64,000 nt of DNA from Mizuhopecten yessoensis (lineage: Eukaryota), in NCBI RefSeq assembly GCF_002113885.1, contig NW_018404269.1, positions 806,028 through 870,027 on the forward strand. Direction: 5' to 3'. Positions 8,828-22,047 of this stretch are shown here, in pieces. How positions within the stretch are numbered: position 1 is the first letter of the stretch; every line of letters starts with the position of its first letter. The notes under the pieces are model-generated. The model worked only from the letters and a program-made list of their open reading frames with translations, was not told the DNA's origin and did no database searches. The translations under genes and the position numbers were made by a program.

Positions 8828-11800
8828 AGATTCACCAGGAAGATAGGAAATATTACTGGCATTATCAAAAATTCGGATTATTTGTATTTTTAAGCTGAGG
8901 TGAGTACTAATCAAGGCCCAATAACAGGCTTCATTGATGTTCCTGTGCTTGCGTCATTTTATGTCTTTCCAAAGTATACACTGACTAGCTCGTCATCTCG
9001 GGATGTGGAGTGGACTCGAATGTCGGATGAAATATGCTTGAAACATTCTTTTAATGCTGCTATAATGTCATGGAGAGGGATAACTATCAAGGCATCTGAT
9101 AGTAAACGTTGCTAGGTCGGTATAGCAATGAAGACATCTGAAAATAATTGAAGACGTCTCGGTGCCATAATCAAGACATCCAAACCAATTCATAACATTT
9201 CGGTGTCGGGATCAAGCCCTCCGATTGTTCAATTCGAGAGCGAGAAAGAGATCAGCTCGTATTATTGTCTGGCAAGCTGGTAGATCTTGTGGTCCTTGCT
9301 CTCCGGAAACACCACAGAAACGAGATATTTACGTTTTCCTCTATTTCGGCGGCTTTCTAACACTGCATGAACTCTGGATATGCACGAGCAAAGCACAAAG
9401 TGCTGATGTTCATTCTCTCCCCCATCCCTTCCCGGGAGACGTTCGCCTTCCTCTTGGCAGTTTAGAAAAGTTTCAAGTGCCACACTTCCTTGGCCTTCTG
9501 CAGTCTCGGCTGGCAAATGTTGATCATGTAAAGCGTTCATACCTATAACATGTCCCGTTTGTCATCGCCCTGAACTTCATTCAGACTGCCGACGTCCTTG
9601 TTACCAATATGTTTAGTATTAGATCATTCATTGCTGAACTAATGCACGTCTGTTAAGCTGGGAACCAAATGCCATCTTCGAGTACTTAAATTCACCCTGC
9701 GAAATACATTATAGTAGCATTGAGGTTTGTCCTGTCACTAGATTTGTGATACAGTCAAGCTGGGTTTTTTCAGGGTATTGCCAATCTGTGTCCCTTCCGC
9801 TCTGCGTAATTCTGAATGGAGTGTTCTTTTTAAATTTATACCTGCTGTTTTTTCCCCAGGAGAAGATCCTTCGCGAACTATGAATTGAGATCATTGTCCT
9901 TATACTCGCACGGAATATACTCTCTGTTACCACTAGTGGTCTCGATTCGGCTACTGTTTAACAGTTCGTCAGTGTAACTTATTGTGTCAAGGGCTTTGTA
10001 TACCATTGTATTGCCACGCTAGTGAGGTCATTATATACTCGGTCTATTTAAAAATAAGATGTGTCATTGCACTCCAGAGCTTTCATTGTGTTTTCTGTAC
10101 CAAAAACGAACAACAAAGAAAGGAGGAGTTTTAATAAGATTGCCTATTATACCGTGACTGTAATCTTTCTTTTTTATCTTGGAATTCGACTCACCACTAC
10201 GGTAAATATTTAAAAAAGAAGAAGATATTTTTCGAGTTTAAGTCGATGTTTTTAAATGCGTCTTATATTTTTATCATATTTGTATTTTAGGGCCCAAACT
10301 CCTTCTGGTCCCCCCAAAATCGGCCATTGTTCTGATGGATTGTTACATGCAGATGGGTGGCGCCGTCTTTCCGGGTATTTGCATGTTCATTGTCCGAAGA
10401 GCTGTGACGAATCTTGTAATCAAGATTTTAACACGAATAATATTATATTTATAATTTTCATAGAACATTTATTAATGTACATGTAATTTAATAATATGGG
10501 AATGTTCTTCTAGCTATAGATTTACTGTAGACTGAAACAAATTGCCAATCTTATTTAAAGTTATCAGTCATTTATCTCTTATCTTTCCCGTATGGTTTCA
10601 CTTGTGACTAATAGTATTCTTGAAAAGTTCTTCACCTCTTGGATACCGGAAAAATGACGTAGCAGTTTCTTTCTGTCTCTCTTTACTTTAATACTGCGAA
10701 ATCCGCCAGCTACCCAGCTTTTATTAAATACCAATAGAAAAAATGACATGCCATGGAAGAGACATTTTGGAGTCGGGCACACACTTAACGGTACTTTGGA
10801 CACAGTGTAAGTTAGTACTAGTATTTCCACGTAAAATACGAAAAGAGGGACTCAGTTAATTGGACACGCAGATTAAGCTGATAAAACTCGGATAGGGTGG
10901 ACTGCATGTTATGCTATGAATAGTTAAAAAATGATAATACTGCAATATTTTGAGAGAGGGAAACAACGACAGAGTTTTTTGGAAAGAGCAGCTTACCCGA
11001 TTAACTGTGTTAACAGAGAGTGAGAGAGAGGGGACACAATCTACTAAGGTATGGTAATTAAGCTGATTGTACTCGAAGAGATTTACACCGAGTTCGGTTC
11101 ATCAGGGTGCAGCTATGTAACAATACGTGAAGAGAAAGAAAGAAAAGAGAGCGATGGGATATGTTCTCGACTATGTAATCTGTCATTTCGCGTTTGAACG
11201 TTAGCCAATGACACTGTTAGGTGTACGTGTAAAACACGTGAGGGAGCCAGGCGGCTGTTGTACGTGACTAAGTTAACTGACACAGATTCACTGTCAGTGC
11301 TAAAGGTCAGTTTTCCTTACGTATATACCTATGCAATTGTGTGTGATGATAGCGTATCTTCTGGCAGGTCCACACAGGTAAGTGAAGTTTGAATGAATTG
11401 TAATGCAAGTGCCGTAAACTAACTTCCGTCTGGGTTCTTATCCGTGGAGCGATTGAAAGATTTTAATGTTTCTCGGTAAATGTTGCATGGGTGGATGATT
11501 GAGACTGAGAGTATAGGTTACAGAACATATATCAATACACCCTTGATTACAACAGGATGTGACCGGTTCAGTGCTCAGCTGGTGAACCCTGTTTATATAT
11601 CTATATATTATATTTGTATGTATATATAATATAGAGAACCCAGTTCATTAAATATAGAGAGGCGTGGTTGGCTGATCGCGATACCTGTAACGTACAGGTA
11701 GATGTTTGTTGTGTGTATATTGTATGCAGTTTATGTTGCATCTGCTACCGTCACACATTATACTTGTTGTCCAAAATGATTACAATCATGATCAGCTGAT

Positions 11801-12371
11801 CGCCAGTGACGTCCGGCCTTCTGCATGTGTGATTGCAAGTAAGTAACGCCTATGCCTCGTACCTTCTGGGTGCACATGGTACTTCTGCATGTGTGTCGAA
11901 AATAATATTGTTAGTAAAATCTTTTCAAGAAGTAAACCGATTGGGAAGTGTTGTGGAGTCTACCAGGACATACGTATTTGTGTACATGATTGTCCCTGCC
12001 ACATTTTGACAAAAAATCGCTAGCTATATAGCCGTGTTCATTATGACCTAAACTTATTTAACTGTGCTAACCGCATTGATATTACTGTACACAACGCCTA
12101 CAGTAGGTGAATGAAAGGTTGAAATATGTAACGGCATCATTATTGCTAAAAGACTAGTAACTGAAGTAATGCTTTAACTTCAAAATAGTTTGTGTCTTTT
12201 GAATGATTTTCATACTTAAATTGTGTCCTATATAGGGATTTCTCGTTTCAATCATTGTAGACTTCTGTATAGTTTAATGTTAGTTAAGGCCAGGGTTTCC
12301 TTCACACGTATGTAAGTTATTGACACTAACTCATCAGACGGGCCCCTTGACTGGCCTACATGATTATTGTG

Positions 12372-14099
12372 TCGCATAGTTGACATTTTTACATAACATT
12401 TCCAGACCCTTGATTAACAAAAGAATTATTTACAGAATCATTGTAAATACCTGTTCTCTTAAAATCTCCGTATACAATCAGTTGTCCCTTGGTTTTGTAT
12501 TCACAATTTATCTCTCCAAGACAAATATCATTTGCATACTTTTTGTAAAAAAAATCTTTTACTGTAACAGGTGGGAAACAACACTCAAATATATTTATAT
12601 ATGTATCTTCGTCATCCTTTGTAACATAACTTTAAACAAATGTTATCGCATAAATATTTACAAAAGGATTGTAACATTAGTGGATAGCTTTTACAGTTCA
12701 ATATTATCCTTACTGTTATCGACTGGTTTAATATAATTACGGTTCCATCACGATTACCATACATCGGGTAAACACACAACACTTCCACTACGCCCTCTTT
12801 CTCAAATCATGCTTTACACACACGTATTGCATCATATTTATAAGTATTGTTTAACACAGCTGTGATATCAGCCATTTTATCCGTGTTATGATGCATGACC
12901 AGCTATCCAATATGTTACTGGTAGCTGGACCGTAATATTGAACAGCGCCATCTGCTATGTCAATTTAACAAAAACAATTGCAATGCGTTCTATTGAAAAG
13001 TACAAACCAGTCACTTTTACTCATATTGAGTTAATTAATTCCTTAGTTTTGAATGTTACTTTCCTTTCATAATGCAACATTCCTTCCTTGCCGACAGTTT
13101 TTTTTTGTTTTTTTTTGTTTTTACATTTTTTCTATTTCTATCAGGTTATTCAAATGATATGCTTGCAGTAAGAATTTCTTGAGTTATTTACGTGATATCA
13201 ACGTCATGAATATAAGAAACACTGTTACTCTTTACTGTGAAGTCAGGATTATAAAATCTATCACTTTTACATGTACCTCCATCAGTTTTCTTTGTGTGTA
13301 AACTATATAATGAAAATTTGTTCCCCCTATCCGAATATATTTATATAAAAAAATTGCGTGCATGATTTAATATTCATGAAAATCGATCAGATCATTATAC
13401 ACATGAGGAATCTTAGAGCAAGGCAATGTCCTGGGTTCGTAAGTGCTTTATTTGTAAAAGTCCAGTATGTTATTGACAAAAACTGCTCGCATGATTGAAT
13501 ACTGGTGAAAATCACTTTTACATGTACCTCCATCAGTTTTTCTTTATGAATAAATTACATAATGAAAAATTGTTTTCCCTGTCTGAATATATTTTATTGA
13601 ATGATTGAAAGTCTCGAAAGCAAATACTTTACCTGAAGGTGTCCATTATTACAATAATAAAATAAATGCGTGCATGATTGAATATTCATGAAAATCGATC
13701 AGATCATTATCCCCACGAGGACTCTTAGAGCAAGGCAATGTCCTGGGTTTGTAAGTGCTTTATTTGTAAAAAGTTCAGTATGGTGTTGACAAAAACTGCT
13801 CGCCTGATTGAATACAGGTGAAAACCAGTCCAATATGTTTACAAGTCCGTTTTATTTTTACAAAAAGAACTCATGTTGGTCTAACAGCTTTCAAATATTC
13901 TTTCTGTCATCATATCTGACTTGTTTAGTCTTTTACTAGTGACCCAGTGGCAAGGAAGCTAGCTATGATTGCTTTCTACAGTCAATACAAGATCAATCCG
14001 CGCTATTACGTATAGACAAATATACACACATACCATACACACATTATTGTTGTTACACACACGGAGGCACGCCCTCAAATGAACTTAGCTTTTAATAGG
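12372..14099 (+). repeat. ~1.7-kb segment duplicated at 16252-17990 (copy A)
   Basis: Sequence appears identical at offset 3880 (the same 118-aa ORF at 12380 and 16260) and diverges after about 13800. It also contains an internal ~250-310-bp tandem duplication (about 13260-13825). Confidence 0.95.
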
Positions 14100-16251
14100 G
14101 CTTCCTTCACACGTGTGTAAGTTATTGACACTAACTCATCAGACGGGCCCCTTTACCGGCCTACATGTAATTTAGATGCGTGAAATTTAAATCAGTAATC
14201 TAGTGAATAAGTACTGAAATGACTGTGTCCTTAAATGTTCAAATACCTCCGGACACGAGTACGCCTACACAAGGACTGTTATATTAATAGATGAGGCATT
14301 GACTGATTCATTTACATACGTTTTAAGTTGGCATCAATGTCGATTGACTCCTAAATTCAAACGGTTATGTATTTTATAATGCTGTAAATTGGCACATTTA
14401 TGCAGAGATATGTCAAAACACTTAATTATGCACCTATCCATACAAATATAGTAGTACAAAAACACTTTCATCCGCGCTCATCCGTATAAAATAGTACCTC
14501 GACACATTCATACATAATTAAATGTACTGTTGGCTGTTTTCTTGAGCTTGTTGCCATGGCGTCAGTGTGTTTACACTATTAGGACGTAATGGCGACTATT
14601 CAAGGTTCAGTTCATTCACGTTATTACATTGAACCTCATTGGTACACACTATACATTTTATATACAGGAATGAACAATAACATCTCTATTTGACATTATT
14701 ATGCACAAGGACAAACAACAATTAGCAAAGTGCAAAGAAACGTTTCTGAATACAAATAATTTCTTTTCTTATTAATTTAACAGCTGAATGATGCAATGTA
14801 ATCAATACAGTTTTGGCATACTTGATTGTACCTTCTAAATCAAGTAAACAGTTTACAAACCTTTGAAGATACAGTCATATGTGTGTGTATGTTATGTTCA
14901 TATTTTACAGATTTTGCTTTCTTGTTTACTTTTTTTTATAAGTGGAATGAATCTGTACATGCTTGTATTACTGTTATAATATTTCGTAATAAAACGTTTT
15001 CTTAAATCTACATAACATTATATCTTAATATAACTGAATGAAATTCGTCTTTGATGTCAGCACTGTTGCAGTATGCAAATATTCCTTCAATCCTTTCAAA
15101 GTTGTTAAACCGATCAAATTTACTATTTAACAGTATATTTTTCTTTCAAAGTGTGTCCTATAGGTTTTGTTAAGTACGGTTGTAGACACAAATCATCGCC
15201 ACTAAACTTGCACAGCGAACGCTTGAAGGTGAATTTATCTTTTCGTTGCATTCTTATTTAATACATCACGCATTCTACTTTTAATGATGTTCATTATATA
15301 AGTGGGTGTACAGGTAACTTCATATTGCCATATATATCCACATCCCATCCTAATGACAGTGGTAAATGTGGCGTAATTTTAACCGTAATATGAAACTATG
15401 TATTCTTAGTAAACCAGTAAACTCTTAACTTTGTAAATTCGCGATTTAAAAAAAAAATCTAACTATCTTTACAATATTTTAAATGTACTGTCTCTACATC
15501 AGATACTTGATGATAGTCCCAAACCTCCGCCAATAATTTAAAATACTACAGACATATGTACGGAAAACAAGAAGCTGAGTTTCAACGTTTAATTGTTTTC
15601 TTAAACACGTTTGTTACCGGAAATTGCTCTTCCACCATGTTCGCCTTTTTTTGTTTAATTGTCCATTAAACTTCATTGATATTCCGACGTATTTAAACCC
15701 ATCTGCAGTAAAATATTTCAAAAGAGTCGGATTACATACACAGAAAACAACATAGGAGACAGTTTACATTGAATGAAATCTGACTCATAATAAACAGAAA
15801 ACTGTACATCTAGGTACAAAGACTATTGTACATGTATGATACATTTTACCTTCTACACCTTCTTTGATAAGTTTATACCACATATTCTGTGTATTCTTTT
15901 TTGAGTAGCGACGGGTTCATTAATTAACATACTTTTCATATTATTGAATAAGAATTATGTAGTACAATTACGTTTTGAACGCATGAATCTACAGCAATAC
16001 AAACAAGAAAATTGTCTTATATCTCGCTTTCAAAATGAGTGATATCATGATGATCTGTCGGTCGTTAATTTAAAAATGTTGAGGCAATACGTTTACATAA
16101 TGAAAGAAACTGTCTTTCTAACTGGTTGCCACACGAGTCCGAACTGTCCTGAACGTACGGATGGGACAGAATCAATAACTCGTTAGCACAGTTTACATTT
16201 TTTTTAAATAACATCTGCAGGACCTTGATTAACAAAAGAATTATTTACAAN

Positions 16252-17990
16252 TCGCATAGTTGACATTTTTACATAACATTTCCAGACCCTTGATTAACAA
16301 AAGAATTATTTACAGAATCATTGTAAATACCTGTTCTCTTAAAATCTCCGTATACAATCAGTTGTCCCTTGGTTTTGTATTCACAATTTATCTCTCCAAG
16401 ACAAATATCATTTGCATACTTTTTGTAAAAAAAATCTTTTACTGTAACAGGTGGGAAACAACACTCAAATATATTTATATATGTATCTTCGTCATCCTTT
16501 GTAACATAACTTTAAACAAATGTTATCGCATAAATATTTACAAAAGGATTGTAACATTAGTGGATAGCTTTTACAGTTCAATATTATCCTTACTGTTATC
16601 GACTGGTTTAATATAATTACGGTTCCATCACGATTACCATACATCGGGTAAACACACAACACTTCCACTACGCCCTCTTTCTCAAATCATGCTTTACACA
16701 CACGTATTGCATCATATTTATAAGTATTGTTTAACACAGCTGTGATATCAGCCATTTTATCCGTGTTATGATGCATGACCAGCTATCCAATATGTTACTG
16801 GTAGCTGGACCGTAATATTGAACAGCGCCATCTGCTATGTCAATTTAACAAAAACAATTGCAATGCGTTCTATTGAAAAGTACAAACCAGTCACTTTTAC
16901 TCATATTGAGTTAATTAATTCCTTAGTTTTGAATGTTACTTTCCTTTCATAATGCAACATTCCTTCCTTGCCGACAGTTTTTTTTTGTTTTTTTTTGTTT
17001 TTACATTTTTTCTATTTCTATCAGGTTATTCAAATGATATGCTTGCAGTAAGAATTTCTTGAGTTATTTACGTGATATCAACGTCATGAATATAAGAAAC
17101 ACTGTTACTCTTTACTGTGAAGTCAGGATTATAAAATCTATCACTTTTACATGTACCTCCATCAGTTTTCTTTGTGTGTAAACTATATAATGAAAATTTG
17201 TTCCCCCTATCCGAATATATTTATATAAAAAAATTGCGTGCATGATTTAATATTCATGAAAATCGATCAGATCATTATACACATGAGGAATCTTAGAGCA
17301 AGGCAATGTCCTGGGTTCGTAAGTGCTTTATTTGTAAAAGTCCAGTATGTTATTGACAAAAACTGCTCGCATGATTGAATACTGGTGAAAATCACTTTTA
17401 CATGTACCTCCATCAGTTTTTCTTTATGAATAAATTACATAATGAAAAATTGTTTTCCCTGTCTGAATATATTTTATTGAATGATTGAAAGTCTCGAAAG
17501 CAAATACTTTACCTGAAGGTGTCCATTATTACAATAATAAAATAAATGCGTGCATGATTGAATATTCATGAAAATCGATCAGATCATTATCCCCACGAGG
17601 ACTCTTAGAGCAAGGCAATGTCCTGGGTTTGTAAGTGCTTTATTTGTAAAAAGTTCAGTATGGTGTTGACAAAAACTGCTCGCTTGATTGAATACAGGTG
17701 AAAACCAGTCCAATATGTTTACAAGTCCATTTTATTTTTACAAAAAGAACTCATGTCGGTCAAACAGCTTCCAAGTATTCTTTCTGTCATCATATCTGAC
17801 TTGTTTAGTCTTTTACTAGTGATCCAATGGCAAGGAAGCTAGCTATGATTGCTTCCTAAGTCACAAAATAACAAGATCAATCCGCGCTATTACAAATAGA
17901 GACAAATATACATGTACACACATACCATACACACATGATTTTGTTACAAACACGGAGGCGCGCACTTAATTGACCTTAGCATTCAATAGG
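16252..17990 (+). repeat. Copy B of the 12372-14099 segment, starting right after a single-N gap
   Basis: Begins at the N at 16251, matches copy A for about 1.4 kb, then is clearly diverged. Confidence 0.95.
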
Positions 17991-20196
17991 ATACTCAACC
18001 CAATAAACTTAGCCAAGCGGTCACAAGGATAACGTCCAAGGTCGTAAAGCCATCGGTCTTGAAGACATTAGTGAGGTCACTCAATTAAAAGTACTACAAA
18101 ATCATATCTGATTTTAAATGAGTAGAAGGGGGGCGTGACCAGTATACTCCCGATGGGCATGGACGAAGTATCCGCCAGAGTCCTGCGCGCTCTTTAGTTC
18201 GCCGGAGCCTAACACCGTTAACCATTTAAAGAGAAACGTCATACAGAGAGTAGCAAGTAGCCAAGTGCCAATTTTAGGCCTTGGGTTTTTCTCGATCAGG
18301 TCGCGCAACCCATAACTTTTCTCGCTTTGAAGGACGCTACAATACAGTTGAGCGCTGCTTACATTTGAAGACCAAAGCCAACAACGTGGTAGTGCTAAGT
18401 GAGGCGTTAAGGAAACAAAATGTTGTTAAATAGAAGAAACAATAAACATCCCAAATTTCAAATGTTATTTTCTTACGTAGAGGTTGTCAATCGATTCCGT
18501 TATTCTCCAAAGTGGTTGTTAGGTAGTAGAAAAAATAAAACACCAAAAAGCCTCGGGTCTCCTGATCAATATTTTACAACTTGGGTTTGAATCACCTTAT
18601 CCATACCTCACATCAGGGATGATTCTATTATTCTTAATCCCTGACCTTCAAGAGCCTGGTAGATAGAGCTTTTTTCATCAATGTACAGCCAGTCTCTAAC
18701 AAGTCTGGTATGGTGACCAGAGCGCTTGTAATGTCTCGTGACTGAGTAAAACTTTTACCGCCAATCTACGACTGCGTCCGAGAATTGCTCATTGATCCCA
18801 AACCTGTCATTGACTAACAGCGACCTTTGACCTCCTGATTGTCCTCGTTATACAACAAGCGGGCTACGGTTGACGTCGAAAGTTTTGTTTTGTTTCATTA
18901 AACCAATAAGAATTGTTTCATAAAACCAATACGTATATTTTATTTATCCTATGGGTACTTGGTAGTATTTATACGACACAGAAATGGACTGCTGTCGTTG
19001 TTAACGGAAAATCGCAACGAATCTCTCTCATTTGTTATATCGGAAATGCCATTTGTTTTACATACCACGTGGAGTCCCAAGGATCACATGGTGATTTCGC
19101 GATTTTAAAAAATGTGTTCATATTTTTACGCCGAAGGTAGAAAGTGGCGAATTATATAGATCCTGGTCAAGCTTCGGATATTGCAATCTTCTTTCAATAT
19201 GGTTAAATTTCATAAGGAAAAACATTGCTAAAAAATATATGTCTCGTCTGATGAAATAATACAGAGAGTATATAGGGTACAAACTGTAATTAAAAACATA
19301 TTTCTAGATGGCATATATCAACTTAACAGTTTGTGAAAAATAGTAAATAAAATATATCCCCCTTCAAACTGATCTCCCCAATTTAGGTTATTGTTAAAAA
19401 CGATCTTTGAGTGATACAACGAGTTGGGCACGTTCATATGGTAAGCTTACAATGTAACAGGCGTTATTGAATTATTTTAGCTTCCCTATCGAGGACCAAT
19501 TATGTGTAACTTATCTATATAGGTACTAGGGACAATCCTCTAAACTTGACTGACCTTCACACGGCTGTTGAAATGTCATCAGAACGATTACATGACGCTG
19601 CATTCGGCGCACGAGGGTCGCACAGTGCTATAGAGAGGTCAAAATGATTTTTATCAGTGTGAACGGAACCCTTTGTGAATAAAAACAGTATATAATTACT
19701 TGCTTTCCAAAAACCTTCACAACATACCATTTTTGTTCTATGTAAACGGTAACCGTTGATGTGTTTACCCGACTCTGGATTAAAACGAAATGCGCCCGTC
19801 ATGTATACACTAACAATTAATGTTAACTTCCCATTGATGGGATTGAAAATTGAGCAGCTACTATTTAGACAACCTAAAGAATATATTCAAAACCGCTTGT
19901 AAAACTTGCTCATCATGTATGGTTACAACATGTTGTGTATTGATTGTGTAGTGACACCTAACACTAAATCAGTAATGAGTGATGGACCTTGGGCACGTGG
20001 AGTTATTCTACAGCGTTAACTAGGCAGACATTAAAAGGACTGGATTGAATTCGACGTGTTGTGTTTTGAACATGGTTAAATCCAAAAACAAATTAAATGT
20101 CCGACCTAGCACAATACTTTGGTGACAATTTCGCATATTCTGCAAACGTGTTAATATTCCCGAATGAGTGAAAATATTGATAAAAACGACACGCAT

Positions 20197-20460
20197 AGGT
20201 CAAAGAACGCTTTCCCTGTGGCACACAACTCAATTGGTCTTTAATTCTGTCGACCATCCGTGTTGGTGTCTGTGTGAAGATTAATTATATACTATTAACA
20301 AATTACATGGGTCCAAGAACGCTTCCCTGTGACATACCACTGAAGCGGTCTTTGTTTCTATATATGGACCATCCGTGTAGAAGCCTGAGTGAATATCATT
20401 CATGTAATAATGACGAAATGTAAAGGTCCAAGAATGCTTCTCTGTGTGGTACCACTCCAG
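20197..20460 (+). repeat. Three degenerate ~115-bp tandem units
   Basis: GGTC(C/A)AAGAA(C/T)GCTT..CTGTG...ACCACT recurs at about 20198, 20310 and 20425. Confidence 0.6.
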
Positions 20461-21180
20461 AGCTCCATAACTTAGTTCAAACTAGCTTACTTACCTTCTG
20501 TGTGATGTAACGTGCATTTTTAAAGGCTTTCTTGACGTGCACGTGTTCGATATCACTATCCAAAATCTCTGTTTAGATGTAAAGTTTTGTTCATGAAAAC
20601 AATCTGATGAAACCATTTACAGTTATTTTCTGTACAGAGTCTCGTTTTGAGCTGTAGTTGAATCGGGTACTTACCTGTATCCATGTACGTAACCACCGCA
20701 TTTCATTCCCATTTGCTTGGAACCTTTAAGACGGAAACCCCAAGAAGATGTTTTCGATTACATCGTTGAAACTTTTAATGAACGAAAAGATACTGCGGAA
20801 AACGTCATTATAAAGGGTGCTAGCGCGGCATAGGTAGGTAAACATAAAATTTCGACAGAATTACGGCGCACAGCGAGATCTGTAAGTAGTTAACTGGTAT
20901 TTGATATACGTAGTAAACTGAAATGGTACCTTGTATTATTACTTCTCTCCGATTCCGTTCTCTTTTCCACTCGTTACGTCAGGTCAACTCATCCGCTTAT
21001 GAGTTTACTCAATTGTTATCCATGTAACAGGGACCAAGGGATCTAATCAAGGGATCAATATGACGTGTTTCATATGTAAATTACGCAGTAGACTCGATAT
21101 ATGTGTAACACTTACCTCCCTTTATCGACGACTTCATTTGTTCCTTATCCCTGTTGATACAGGTAGATCGTTATATTTTT

Positions 21181-21403
21181 TACTGCAAAATTACTCATTT
21201 TCGTGGGGTTTTTAAGTTCGTTGATTTCGTGGGTAATCTTAATCCACGCATCAATAGGTCAACGAAGTAATTACGATTTTGATATTAAGCAATTCTCTGT
21301 TTGAGTGTGTACTCGTTATTTACGAATTCATGTACCTACGAAATGGTGTTTTATCGGGAAACCACGAAATTTTGGGCGCACGAAAATATCTGATTTCACA
21401 GTA
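21181..21403. mobile_element. Tc1/mariner-type MITE remnant
   Basis: Termini TACTG...TTTTCGTG and CACGAAAAT...ACAGTA with TA flanks and repeated TTCGTG/CACGAA motifs. Confidence 0.6.
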
Positions 21404-21730
21404 CTCGTTTGTTAGAACTAGTTTCATGCTTCTCATTAACACAATTAACTATTTAGTAATGATTGCCTAATCCATCGTCTCTTCTTTTGAACTAAACAAA
21501 GTAATATGTTAAAACAAAAGTACATATACAAATATAACCTTCACATGTATAGCATTGTGGTACTATGATGACGCACTGGATCGCATCCGGAATAGCAGGG
21601 AGCCTAGACAGCTCGGAAATTATAAGGAAGCCAAGGATGTGTGTAATTTATTCTTGTTGAAAGCGGACATGATGGTAAGGTGCGGTCTGCTGCGTCACCA
21701 AATTGCCAATGTGGGGTAATTTCATATAGG

Positions 21731-21885
21731 GATTGAACGGCGTATTTTTTTTAAATGTTGATGCCGGTATGAACGCAAATCGATTACATCCATATTGCAT
21801 GAAGACTGCAAGGCTTCTTGTTTAATATGGATGTAACCGATTTGCGTTCATACCGTCATGAAAATTTTAAAATTGCAGTTCAATC
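21731..21885. repeat. Long imperfect palindrome (fold-back element core)
   Basis: CGGTATGAACGCAAATCG(A)TTACATCCATATT pairs with AATATGGATGTAA(C)CGATTTGCGTTCATACCG, and pairing extends outward to GATTGAAC/GTTCAATC. Confidence 0.85.
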
Positions 21886-22047
21886 TATATATTTACATTT
21901 TTACTATAAAACAATTGTTAAATCTTATTCATTTGTTCTTAGATAATTAATTAATTTTAGTTTGTTTTTGTATATGCGCCGTCCTTTAAGGTCGAAATGT
22001 ATCACTCTCTTCTTCTGTCCTTAGAAAAACGCTAACACACAACATTT

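Noticed and set aside
12286-12360. Type-III hammerhead on the - strand (GTC...CTGATGAG...GAAAC)
   Set aside because: Stem II does not close next to GAAA, stem I is too short, and the second copy (about 14099) has GAAGC and lacks the stem III partner.
12380-12736. Duplicated 118-aa ORF (also at 16260-16616)
   Set aside because: TTG start, AT-rich composition and no domain; its identity only reflects the segmental duplication.
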